In this document: piece after piece, positions 54,370 to 63,078 of the stretch
Layout of the letters: every line of letters begins with the position of its first letter
How positions within the stretch are numbered: position 1 is the first letter of the stretch
Assembly: GCA_036493875.1 (NCBI GenBank)
Contig: DASXPB010000054.1
Coordinates: 5,764-69,763 of the forward strand
Reading direction: 5' to 3'
Origin: Thermoanaerobaculia bacterium
GTDB lineage: Bacteria > Acidobacteriota > Thermoanaerobaculia > UBA5066 > Gp7-AA6
Length of the DNA stretch: 64,000 nt
Translations under genes and position numbers: made by a program
The notes under the pieces: generated by a model
What the model saw: the letters and a program-made list of their open reading frames with translations, nothing else
Database searches by the model: none
Told to the model about the DNA's origin: nothing

Positions 54370-54457
54370 GTGGAGTCTCTGGGATGGACTCTAGCAGGTC
54401 AGAGCGGCGCTGCCGATTTTGGATTTTCGGTACCAAGCGCCTCGGTCCGCCGCCGAC

Positions 54458-56017
54458 TCAGCCCCGCGCCTCGACTCCCATCTCGAGCCAGTCGAGCTCC
54501 TCCTCGAGGCGGTGGAAGGCGTCGTCGCCGATCTCCTCGCGCGCGCGCATGTCGAAGACGACGCGCCGGGCCTCGGAGAGCACGCGGCGATGGATCTCCT
54601 GGTGAGACGTGGGACCGCTCCACTCGTCCGCGGTCTCGCCCTCTCCGGATTCCGGCTCGCCTCCCAGATGGGCGACGAGCTCGTGGCGCACGGACTCGGC
54701 CGCCGGCGAGGGATAGTTGTCGAGGCTCGCGAACGCGGCGTCGAGGGCCCGGCTTCGCGCCGCCTCGACCTCGCGGCCGACCGGGTCGTCGTCCTTCAGA
54801 TCGAGCGCCTGGATCAGGGGCCGCAGAGTCAGGCCCTGCACGACGAGCGTGCCGAGCACGACGGCGAACGCCGTCAGGACGATCAGGCCACGGTAGGGAA
54901 AGTCGTCGGGGAGCGCGGCCGCCGCGGCGAGCGAGATGATCCCGCGCATGCCGGCCCAGGAGATGACGACGCCGCCCTTGAACGTCGGAGGCTGGATCGG
55001 GCGCCTGGGATGGAAGCCGAACCGGCGGATCCACGCGAGCGCGACCGAAGTGTGGAGCAGGACCCACGCGATCCGCACGAGGATGACCGTCGCGAGGATG
55101 ATGCCCGCGACCCAGAGGTAGCGTTCGCGCACGTCCGGGTCGAGACTCGACAGGATCGGGCGGATCTGCAGGCCGATGTAGACGAACGCGAGCACGTTCA
55201 GGAGGAACACCGCGGTCTCCCAGACGGCGTAGGAGGGGATGCGGATCCGCGCCGGCGTGCTCGCCGGAGCGCGCCGCGCCACGGAGATCGCGAAGCAGAC
55301 CATCGTCAGGACGGGCGAGAGGTCCAGCCGGTCGGCCAGGATCCAGACGCCGAACGTGGTGGCGAACTGCACGATGACGGCCGTCGGCACGTCCCGGATC
55401 GCGCGCGTCAAGCGGAGGGTGAGCCACGACAGCGCGAGGCCGAGGGCGGCGCTGCCCGCGACGATCACGAGAAGCGAGGGCGCGGCGGACTGCACGGAAA
55501 ACGCGCTCATCGCGACCGCGCCGACGGCCAGGCGGTAGATGAGGAGCGAGGTCGCATCGTTGAGGAGGCTCTCTCCCTCGAGGATCGTGAGGACGCGGTG
55601 GGGGGGCCGCAGCTGCCGGAGGACCGCGGTCGCCGCGGCGGCGTCGGGCGGCGCGACGATGGCGCCCAGCGCGACGGCGGCCGCGAGCGGCATCCCCGGC
55701 ACGAGGCGGCGGACCACGAACGCGACGGCGATCGTGGTCAGGATCACGCTCACCACGGCGAGGCTCGTGACCGGCACCCAGTGATCGCGCAGGTCGCGCG
55801 GAGACATGTCGTAGGCAGCGTCCAGGAGGACCGGCGCCACGAAGAGCGCGAGTGCGACCTCCGGCTGGATCGTGATCCGCGGCGCACCCGGAAGGAAGGC
55901 GAGCACGGCGCCGCCGAGCGCCAGGAACGCGGGATAAGGCGCGCCGGCCCGGCGAGCCAGGGCCGCCAGGAGCGTCGCGACCAGCAGGACGCCGATCAGC
56001 GCCTCGAACTCACGCAT
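54458..56017 (-). CDS. Na+/H+ antiporter (CPA1 family)
   Basis: 519 aa with about 12 helices. N-terminus MREFEALIGVLLVATLLAALARR...PYPAFLALGG. A cytoplasmic C-terminal tail follows. Confidence 0.8.
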   Translation of the reverse strand: MREFEALIGVLLVATLLAALARRAGAPYPAFLALGGAVLAFLPGAPRITIQPEVALALFVAPVLLDAAYDMSPRDLRDHWVPVTSLAVVSVILTTIAVAFVVRRLVPGMPLAAAVALGAIVAPPDAAAATAVLRQLRPPHRVLTILEGESLLNDATSLLIYRLAVGAVAMSAFSVQSAAPSLLVIVAGSAALGLALSWLTLRLTRAIRDVPTAVIVQFATTFGVWILADRLDLSPVLTMVCFAISVARRAPASTPARIRIPSYAVWETAVFLLNVLAFVYIGLQIRPILSSLDPDVRERYLWVAGIILATVILVRIAWVLLHTSVALAWIRRFGFHPRRPIQPPTFKGGVVISWAGMRGIISLAAAAALPDDFPYRGLIVLTAFAVVLGTLVVQGLTLRPLIQALDLKDDDPVGREVEAARSRALDAAFASLDNYPSPAAESVRHELVAHLGGEPESGEGETADEWSGPTSHQEIHRRVLSEARRVVFDMRAREEIGDDAFHRLEEELDWLEMGVEARG

Positions 56018-56056
56018 CTACCGAGGAGTTTATAAGCCCACTCTGCGCGCTACGCT

Positions 56057-56995
56057 GTGCTGATGAAACAAGTCCTGGCGGCGCTTGCGTTGGCTCTGAT
56101 GATGGCGGTTTCTCCTTCGGTGCCTCAGGATCAGCCGAAGGCGAGGTCGGAGGGGCTCGAGCTCCTCGTCCTGGGCTCCGGTGGCCCGCGCTCGTTCGGA
56201 CGCGCCGCGACGAGCTATCTCGTCCTGGTCGGGGGCGTCCCCCGCATCCTCGTCGATGCGGGTCCGGGTGCCTACCAGGCCGTCGGGAAGCTCGGCGTCG
56301 ATCTCAGCCGCGTGGACCTGGTGTTGCTGACGCACCTGCACATCGACCACAGCTCCGACCTGCCCGCGCTCTTCCTCCATCGCTCGTTGACCGCCGCCGG
56401 GCCGATCCGCTTTCGAGTCTTCGGGCCGAAGGGCGGGGGCCTCTTTCCGGACACCAGCCGATTCGTGCGCGAGCTCTTCGGGCCCGGCGGGGCGTGGGAG
56501 TACCAGAGGACGTTCGGGGCGGACGAGCAGATCGACGCCGTCGATCTGGCCACGGGGCTCGATTCACCGGCTCGCGAGATCGTCTCGGACGGCGAGCTGC
56601 GCGTCCGAGAGATCGCGACGCATCATGGCGACTGCCCGTCGGTCGCCTACCGTATCGACTACCGCGGCGAGAGCATTGCGTTCTCCGGCGACATGGACGC
56701 GAGCGCGCTCGCCAACCTCGAGAGCCTGGCGAAGGGCTCGGACCTGCTGGTCTTCCACTGCGCGGTCCTCGACCCGCCGGGTTCTCCGGAGTTTCTGTAC
56801 ACGCTGCACACGCCGCCGCGGAAGATCGGCGAGGCGACGCGGGCGGCCGCCGTGAAGCAGCTCGTCCTGAGCCACTTCGCGCCGGACGTCGAGCGTCGCG
56901 AGGACGAAGTGCGGCGATCCGTCGAGGCCTCGTATCCGGGAACGGTCAAGTTCGCGCACGACGGACTGCGCGTGGCGGTTCGCGGCGCGCGCTGA
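56057..56995 (+). CDS. MBL-fold metallo-hydrolase (secreted)
   Basis: 312 aa with a GTG start and a signal peptide. LLTHLHIDHSSD (HxHxDH) motif. Confidence 0.75.
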   Translation: MLMKQVLAALALALMMAVSPSVPQDQPKARSEGLELLVLGSGGPRSFGRAATSYLVLVGGVPRILVDAGPGAYQAVGKLGVDLSRVDLVLLTHLHIDHSSDLPALFLHRSLTAAGPIRFRVFGPKGGGLFPDTSRFVRELFGPGGAWEYQRTFGADEQIDAVDLATGLDSPAREIVSDGELRVREIATHHGDCPSVAYRIDYRGESIAFSGDMDASALANLESLAKGSDLLVFHCAVLDPPGSPEFLYTLHTPPRKIGEATRAAAVKQLVLSHFAPDVERREDEVRRSVEASYPGTVKFAHDGLRVAVRGAR

Positions 56996-57033
56996 CGACG
57001 GGCGGTCGGGCCCGGTCTCACCCGGCCGGGACT

Positions 57034-57384
57034 TCACTTCGCTTCGGGCGTGTGGGCGAGGATGAACGTCGCGAAGAGAAGGCCGACGAGCATCACGACG
57101 ACGGAGCTCGTGAGCCAGAAGACGGTTCTTCGATACTCCGCGGGGTCGTCGTCCTGGAGCCGCAGGGAGCGGCCCAGCGCGACGATCTGCATCCCGACGG
57201 CCAGAACCATCGTCCCCGCCGCCAGGATCGACCGGAGGGTCCAATCGCCCGGGGCCTCGAAGCTCCAGAAGCGGAAGAGGGCGAGCGAGAAGCCCAGGAG
57301 GACGGTGGCCGATCCGATGATTCCCTGGCGGTAGCCCTGGGGGAGCGGAGCCGGTCGCGGCTTGTGGCTCGGGTCCTGATCCAT
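57034..57384 (-). CDS. hypothetical small membrane protein
   Basis: 116 aa with three to four hydrophobic helices. No family recognised. Confidence 0.5.
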   Translation of the reverse strand: MDQDPSHKPRPAPLPQGYRQGIIGSATVLLGFSLALFRFWSFEAPGDWTLRSILAAGTMVLAVGMQIVALGRSLRLQDDDPAEYRRTVFWLTSSVVVMLVGLLFATFILAHTPEAK

Positions 57385-57439
57385 GGGCCTCCTCGACGCG
57401 CGTCTCGCGCCCGAGACTATCGCGGTCGCCGCGGGCGAT

Positions 57440-58318
57440 TCACCGGATCTTCGCGATGCGGCCCTCGGTCGGGAATCTCTCGAACTGCTTCGGGTCGTGG
57501 CCGGGGACGACGCGGTCGGCGGAGCCGGCGAGGGTCACCATCCGCGCCTGGTTACGGACGTTGGCCGCCCGGTCGGCGTCGCTGAACGTCGCGCTCGGCT
57601 TGTGCTCGGCGAGGTTTCGGTAGAGGTAGGCGTTGTCCGACGCAAGGACGAACGGCGGGTCGCCGTCGACGCGGATGTACTGCGACGCGTACGTGTGCCG
57701 CGCGCCCGTGTAGGCGCGGATGCCGGGGAGGATCTCGACGTCGTCGCCGCCGACGAGACGCACCCGGCCCTCCGTGTTCAGCCGGACGAGTGCCTGCACG
57801 TCCTCCGGATCGATGCCGCCGGGCTGGCCGCCCGGCTGCCACGCGTCGCCGGTGTAGTACGCGAATTCCTCTTTCTGGATCCAGACCTTCGCCTTCGGGA
57901 AGAGGTCGATGCCGCCCATGTGGTCCCAGTGCGCGTGACTGACGACGATGTCCGTCACCGCGTCGGGCGCGACGCCGGCGAGTCTCACGGCCTCGTCCGG
58001 GCGGAGGAAGTCGGCCGTGCTCGGAAACTCCGCCAGCCACTTCTCGCGGTGGAAGCCGCTGTCGAAGAGAATCGTGTGTCCGCCGCCGCGGATCAGCCAG
58101 AGCACCATGGCGATGTCGAGCTTCTCGTTCTCGGGCGCTCCGATGACGAGGGCGGAGACGGGGAATTCCCGGATCGTGGCGTAGCGGATCGCCTGTATCG
58201 AGTAGTCGGGACGGGTGGCCTTGGGGGGAGTCGGGCTCGGGGAGGCGCCGGCGGTGAATACGACGAGCGTTGCCATCGTCGCTGCCGCCGCGAAGGCGGA
58301 AACGTGGGAGCGGTTCAT
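57440..58318 (-). CDS. secreted MBL-fold hydrolase of the N-acyl-homoserine-lactonase-like family
   Basis: Internal ATG 58318 (in frame) gives a signal peptide. Motifs: VVSHAHWDHMGG (HxHxDH) and GHD near the C-terminus. The substrate is not inferable from the sequence. Confidence 0.65.
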   Translation of the reverse strand: MNRSHVSAFAAAATMATLVVFTAGASPSPTPPKATRPDYSIQAIRYATIREFPVSALVIGAPENEKLDIAMVLWLIRGGGHTILFDSGFHREKWLAEFPSTADFLRPDEAVRLAGVAPDAVTDIVVSHAHWDHMGGIDLFPKAKVWIQKEEFAYYTGDAWQPGGQPGGIDPEDVQALVRLNTEGRVRLVGGDDVEILPGIRAYTGARHTYASQYIRVDGDPPFVLASDNAYLYRNLAEHKPSATFSDADRAANVRNQARMVTLAGSADRVVPGHDPKQFERFPTEGRIAKIR

Positions 58319-58403
58319 GGGGAGCGATTCTCTCCCCGTCCGAGTCGATCCGGCGCGGAAACCCGGGAAACGGTCCTGCGTAGGATCCCCTAGGAGGCCT
58401 GAC

Positions 58404-59093
58404 TTGACTCTCCGCACGAACTCCCGAGTCGCCGGGATCGCCTTCCTTCTCTATATCGCCGCGGCCATGAGCGGGATGATGCTCGGCGGCAGCGCCTCTG
58501 CCGGCGACACGCCCGCCGCGAAGCTCGCCAGCCTCGCCGCACACGCCGGGCAGGCCCGCCTCGGGCTGATCCTCGAGATGGTCGGCTGCTTCTGTGCGTT
58601 CGTCCTCGCCGTGACGCTCTGGGCGATCACGCGCGACGAGGACCCTGACGTGGCCCTCCTCGCCGCGGTCTTCCGGGTCGGGGAGGGCGTGGCGGGCGCG
58701 GTCACTCTGGACGCGGCCGCCGAGCGCATCTGGCTCGCGACGAAGGGCGGCGGGCTGGACGCCACGATACGGAACACGCTCGCCGCCGTGGACTTCGGCG
58801 CGCCGCAGGCGATGGGGATCGGCGCGACCTGCTTCGCGGTCGGCAGCACGCTGTTCGCGTGGCTCCTCCTGCGCGGACGCATCGTCCCGGTCCCGCTCGC
58901 GTGGATCGGGGTCGTGGGCTCGCTCGCCGCCGTCGTGGTGCTTCCTCTGCGCCAGGTCGGATTCATTGGGGGTCCGCTCACCAACATCGTCTGGCTTCCG
59001 CTGCTCGTGTTCGAGGTCTGGCTGGCGCTGTGGCTGATCGTCAGGGGCGCGGCCGCTCCGTCGCGCCGGCGCGCAGGAAGCGCCGTCGCCTAG
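58404..59093 (+). CDS. DUF4386-like membrane protein
   Basis: TTG 58404 (in frame with track ORF 58215..) follows TAGGAGG. RVAGIAFLLYIAAAMSGMML...GDTPAAKLASL pattern. It is a paralogue of 47156..47869. Confidence 0.6.
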   Translation: MTLRTNSRVAGIAFLLYIAAAMSGMMLGGSASAGDTPAAKLASLAAHAGQARLGLILEMVGCFCAFVLAVTLWAITRDEDPDVALLAAVFRVGEGVAGAVTLDAAAERIWLATKGGGLDATIRNTLAAVDFGAPQAMGIGATCFAVGSTLFAWLLLRGRIVPVPLAWIGVVGSLAAVVVLPLRQVGFIGGPLTNIVWLPLLVFEVWLALWLIVRGAAAPSRRRAGSAVA

Positions 59094-59113
59094 AAGAAAG
59101 AGGGGAGGACACC

Positions 59114-59704
59114 ATGCAATCCGCGAAGACGTTCATGGCTCTGGCGACGCTCCTGTTCGCCCTGGCCGCTGCCGGTCAGGACGCGAAGCCGGCGCCCACG
59201 CAGGCGGAGCCGCCGCCGACCGTCGCGTCCGTCGTCGACCGCCAAGTGAGCTCCGTCGAGAAGCTCGTGGTCGAGGCGGCCGAGGCGATGCCCGCGGACA
59301 AGTTCGACTTCACGCCGGCGAGCCTGAAGGTTCCGGGGAGCGGCTACGAGGGCGTTCGCACGTTTTCCCAGCAGGTGCGGCACATCGCGGCCTCCAACTA
59401 CGCCCTGTGGATCCCGCTCACGGGCGAGAAGGTCCCGGACAACTTCAAGGGCGGCAACGGCCCTGACGACCTGAAGACGAAGGAGCAGATCCTCCGCTTT
59501 CTGAAGGACTCCTACGCCCTGGGCCACCGGGCCGCGGCCACGCTGACCACGGAGAACATGCTCCAGGCGCCCGAGGGCAGCAAGTCGGTTCGCCTCCACC
59601 GGGCGACCTTCGGAGTCGCGCACGCCTACGACCACTACGGGCAGATCGTGGAGTACCTGCGGATGAACGGGATCGTGCCGCCGGCGAGCCGGGGCGGGAA
59701 CTGA
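59114..59704 (+). CDS. secreted DinB-family protein
   Basis: ATG 59114 follows AGGGGAGG. Signal peptide FMALATLLFALAAAGQ. Motifs: FSQQVRHIAASNY and HAYDHYGQIVEYLRMNG. Confidence 0.7.
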   Translation: MQSAKTFMALATLLFALAAAGQDAKPAPTQAEPPPTVASVVDRQVSSVEKLVVEAAEAMPADKFDFTPASLKVPGSGYEGVRTFSQQVRHIAASNYALWIPLTGEKVPDNFKGGNGPDDLKTKEQILRFLKDSYALGHRAAATLTTENMLQAPEGSKSVRLHRATFGVAHAYDHYGQIVEYLRMNGIVPPASRGGN

Positions 59705-59727
59705 GAAGGGCGCCTTCTTCTCGAACC

Positions 59728-60210
59728 CTACCGCGCCCAGTAGTCCGCGATCCTGCGGATCTTCGGTCCGTCGAACTCGAACACCGTGACCTGCTCGCGG
59801 CGGGACGGCTTCCAGGTTCCGTCGTCCTGCTTGAATTCGAAGGCGACGGTCTGCTGAAGGACGACGACGTTGGCGGTCGCGATGCGGCGGGTCACGACCG
59901 TGCTCGCTTTGCGCGTCGCGCCGAGGAAGGCGGTCATGCCCTTGCGGAGGTTCTCCTTCCCCTGGTTGCGCATCTTCACGACCGGATCCTCGTAGACGAC
60001 GTCGTCGGTCGCGAAGGAGAGGAAACGGTCGACGTCGGCGGCCGTCGCCTTCTCCTGCATCATGGTCGTCCGCGCGGCCACCGCCTGCTCGGCGAGGTCG
60101 GCCAGGTTGGGACCGCCGCATGCGAAGACTCCAAAGAGACCGAGCGCGACAGCCCACGTCGCGTAGATCGCGGCGCGGGTTCTCCGGCGTCTGGTCCTGC
60201 GGTCGTCCAT
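59728..60210 (-). CDS. NTF2/SnoaL-like fold protein with an N-terminal anchor
   Basis: 160 aa. Basic N-terminus plus AIYATWAVALGLFGVFACGG. The body (FLSFATDDVVYEDP...VTVFEFDGPKIRRIADYW) is SnoaL-like. Confidence 0.6.
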   Translation of the reverse strand: MDDRRTRRRRTRAAIYATWAVALGLFGVFACGGPNLADLAEQAVAARTTMMQEKATAADVDRFLSFATDDVVYEDPVVKMRNQGKENLRKGMTAFLGATRKASTVVTRRIATANVVVLQQTVAFEFKQDDGTWKPSRREQVTVFEFDGPKIRRIADYWAR

Positions 60211-60297
60211 GTGCGCGAATTCTGACCCGAGATACGCAGGTCGGGCCTCTTTGTTTACGTCGGCAAGATAGGATCCGGGCGAAGTCCGAGGACGACG

Positions 60298-60756
60298 ATG
60301 ATGTACGCCGGGGCCTTCCTGATCGGTGTCGTGGCCGGCTTGCGTGCGATGACCGCGCCGGCCGTCGCGAGCTGGGCCGCGCGCGTCGGCTGGCTGAATC
60401 TGCAGGGCACGCCCCTCGCGTGGCTGGGCGCCGCGGTGACGCCGTGGATCTTCACGGCCGCGGCGCTGGGGGAGCTCGTCAACGACAAGCTGCCGAAGAC
60501 CGGAAGCCGCAAGGCGCCGCCGGCGTTCCTCGCGCGTATCGTGACGGGGGCGCTCTCCGGGGCGGCCGTCGGCGCGTCGGGAGGGGCGCTCGCGGCCGGG
60601 CTCGTCCTGGGAGCGCTCGGCGCCGTCGCGGGGACCCTCGGCGGTTACGAGCTCCGCGTGCGCCTGGCGAGGGCCATCGGCCGGGATCTGCCCGCCGCGC
60701 TCATCGAGGACGCTATCGCGATCGTCCTGGCGTTCGTATCCGTCGGGCTGAAGTGA
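60298..60756 (+). CDS. small multi-pass membrane protein (DUF4126-like)
   Basis: 152 aa. Gly/Ala-rich helices (GAFLIGVVAGLRAMTAP, GALSGAAVGASGGALAAGLVLGALGAVAGTLGG). Confidence 0.5.
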   Translation: MMYAGAFLIGVVAGLRAMTAPAVASWAARVGWLNLQGTPLAWLGAAVTPWIFTAAALGELVNDKLPKTGSRKAPPAFLARIVTGALSGAAVGASGGALAAGLVLGALGAVAGTLGGYELRVRLARAIGRDLPAALIEDAIAIVLAFVSVGLK

Positions 60757-60771
60757 CGCGCTAACGCCGCC

Positions 60772-62148
60772 TCAGGGCGCCTTCAGCTCGCCCAGGATGG
60801 TCGGCAGGTACTCGGCCACCGTCGGGTGGATGTGCATGGCGCGCTGGAGGACGGTGTAGGGCGCGCGGGCGTACATGACGTCGAGAACCGCGTGGACGAC
60901 CTCGTCGCCGCCGACGCCGAGGATCGCCGCGCCCAGGATCATCTTCGAGTCGGCGTCGACGACGATCTTCATCAGGCCCTGCGTCTCGCCCTTCTCGATG
61001 GCGCGGCCGACCCTGGCCATGTGCCTCTGCCCGACCAGGATCTTCCGGCCCGCGGTGGCCGCGGAAGTCTGCGTCATGCCCGCGCGCCCGAGCGGCGGGT
61101 CGACGAAGAGCCCATAGGTCTCTATGCGGTCGGAGACCTTGCGAGCATCGCCGTCCAGGAGGTTCGCGGCGACGATCTCGAAGTCGTTGTAGGAGGTGTG
61201 CGTGAAAGCACCCTTCCCGTTGCAGTCTCCGAGGGCCCAGATCCCCGCAGTGGACGTGCGGAGCTGGTCGTCGACCTGGATGTAGCCGCGGGCATCGACC
61301 GCGACGCCCGCCCGCTCGAGTCCGAGGTCGTCGGTGTTGGGCCGGCGCCCCACGGCGAGGAGGAGGTGTGATCCATCCACCTCGGGCGAGCCCTCCTCGC
61401 AATCCACGCGGATGCGGACGCCTCCCGAGGGGCCCTTCCGGACCGCGATGCATTTCGCTCCGGTCCTGATCGCGATGCCCTCGTTCTCGAGGATGGAGCG
61501 GATCTGGGCCGAGACGTCCGGGTCCTCCCTCGCGATGAGCCGGTCCGCCATCTCGACGACGGTGACCTTGGCGCCGAACCGCCGATACATCTGCGCGAAC
61601 TCGAGCCCGACGTAGCTGCCGCCGACGACCACGAGGTGCTCGGGAAGGAAGTCCACGCCCATCATCGAGGAGTTCGTCCAGTACGGCGTGTCCTCGGACC
61701 CCTCGATGCCGCGCACGCTCGCCCGGCCACCGACGTTGATGAAGATCTTTTCGGCCGTCAGGATCTCGTCTCCGACGCGCACTTCGCGCGGCGACTCGAA
61801 GCGCGCATGCCCGGTGTAGACGGCGCCGTTTGCGAGGTCTCGAACCAGCTTCTCGACCCCCTCCCGCGACTTCTCCGAGATCGCATCCTTGCGCGCCTTG
61901 ACGGCCTTCATGTCCACCTTCGGGGGCGCGGCCGTCACGCCGTACTGAGAGGCCCGGCGGACGGCCTCGGCGGCCGCGGCGCTCGCGACGAGCGTCTTCG
62001 TTGGAATGCAGCCCGTGTTGACGCAGGTGCCGCCGAAGAGTCCGCGCTCGACGATCGCGACGCGCTGGCCCGCCGCGGACAGCCGCGCCGCGAGGAACGG
62101 GCCGGCCTGCCCGGTCCCGATGACGATCGCGTCGTACCGGCCGGCCAT
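60772..62148 (-). CDS. class I pyridine-nucleotide-disulfide oxidoreductase (FAD/NAD(P)-dependent; dihydrolipoamide-dehydrogenase/mercuric-reductase-like core)
   Basis: Internal ATG 62148 (in frame). Motifs: YDAIVIGTGQAGP, the redox disulfide GGTCVNTGCIPTK, VVVGGSYVGLEFA, and HIHPTVAEYL in the dimerisation domain. The upstream 98 aa of the track ORF have no support. Confidence 0.85.
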   Translation of the reverse strand: MAGRYDAIVIGTGQAGPFLAARLSAAGQRVAIVERGLFGGTCVNTGCIPTKTLVASAAAAEAVRRASQYGVTAAPPKVDMKAVKARKDAISEKSREGVEKLVRDLANGAVYTGHARFESPREVRVGDEILTAEKIFINVGGRASVRGIEGSEDTPYWTNSSMMGVDFLPEHLVVVGGSYVGLEFAQMYRRFGAKVTVVEMADRLIAREDPDVSAQIRSILENEGIAIRTGAKCIAVRKGPSGGVRIRVDCEEGSPEVDGSHLLLAVGRRPNTDDLGLERAGVAVDARGYIQVDDQLRTSTAGIWALGDCNGKGAFTHTSYNDFEIVAANLLDGDARKVSDRIETYGLFVDPPLGRAGMTQTSAATAGRKILVGQRHMARVGRAIEKGETQGLMKIVVDADSKMILGAAILGVGGDEVVHAVLDVMYARAPYTVLQRAMHIHPTVAEYLPTILGELKAP

Positions 62149-62153
62149 CGGGC

Positions 62154-62537
62154 TCAGCCGCGCGTCGCCGCCAGCGTTGATTCCTGATAGATCCCGACGA
62201 CGTTGCCGACGGGGTCGCGGAAGCGCGCGATGATCTCGGGAGCGTCGGGGTGGATCGGCTGAACGATCGCCCCGCCGTTCGCCACGACCTTCTCGAGCGT
62301 CGCGGCGGCGTCGGCGACCATGACGTAGACCATCAGGCCCGGCTCGACCTGCGGGCTCCGTCCGGCGACGAAGGACCCGCTCACCTCTCTCGTCGCATCG
62401 TCGAAGGCGGGCGTGCCGTCTCCGCGTTTTCGGATCGTCCAACCGAAGACCGCCGCGTAGAACTCCGCCGAGCGCCGCGGGTCGTGCGCCGGGATCTCGA
62501 CGTAGCAGATCTTGCCGTTGGCGAGCGTGGGGGGCAT
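62154..62537 (-). CDS. VOC/glyoxalase-family protein
   Basis: Internal ATG 62537 (in frame). 127 aa. Motifs: ICYVEIPAHDPRRSAEFYAAVFGW and RFRDPVGNVVGIY. Confidence 0.75.
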   Translation of the reverse strand: MPPTLANGKICYVEIPAHDPRRSAEFYAAVFGWTIRKRGDGTPAFDDATREVSGSFVAGRSPQVEPGLMVYVMVADAAATLEKVVANGGAIVQPIHPDAPEIIARFRDPVGNVVGIYQESTLAATRG

Positions 62538-62732
62538 GGCGTCTGGCGTTCCCGTGTCTACTCTATAGGAGGGCCTTCCGGGCACGGCGCCGCGCGGGCC
62601 TGGCATCCGCCGCAAAGCAAAGGAGTTAGGCACTTGCCGAGGCTTCCCCTTGCTTACCGAGAGAAAAAAGCGAACTTTTCGAGTGGGATCCCGTAGACTC
62701 CCCTAGGAAACCGATATGAGCAGGCGACTTTC

Positions 62733-63068
62733 ATGAGCAAACCGGCCGACCTCGTCCAGGGCACCCTCGACCTGCTGCTCTTGAAGATCCTCGCCCTCGA
62801 GCCGCTGCACGGCTGGGCGATCAGCCTGCGCCTGCGCTCGCTCTCCTCCGACGTGCTGCAGGTCTCCGAGGGATCGCTCTATCCCGCGCTCCACAAGCTC
62901 GAGCAGGAGGGCTGGATCCAGGCCGAGTGGAAACAGACCGAGAACAACCGCCGCGCGAAGTTCTACGCGCTGACGCGCCTGGGCCGCAAGCAGCTCGAGT
63001 CGGAGGCCGCGAACTGGCAGCGCCTGTCGGCCGCCATCTCGTACCTCGTGCAGCTCTCCGAGGCCTGA
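62733..63068 (+). CDS. PadR-family transcriptional regulator
   Basis: 111 aa. GTLDLLLLKILALEPLHGWAISLRL...VSEGSLYPALHKLEQEGWI...RRAKFYALTRLGRKQL. Confidence 0.9.
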   Translation: MSKPADLVQGTLDLLLLKILALEPLHGWAISLRLRSLSSDVLQVSEGSLYPALHKLEQEGWIQAEWKQTENNRRAKFYALTRLGRKQLESEAANWQRLSAAISYLVQLSEA

Positions 63069-63078
63069 GGGGGACGCC

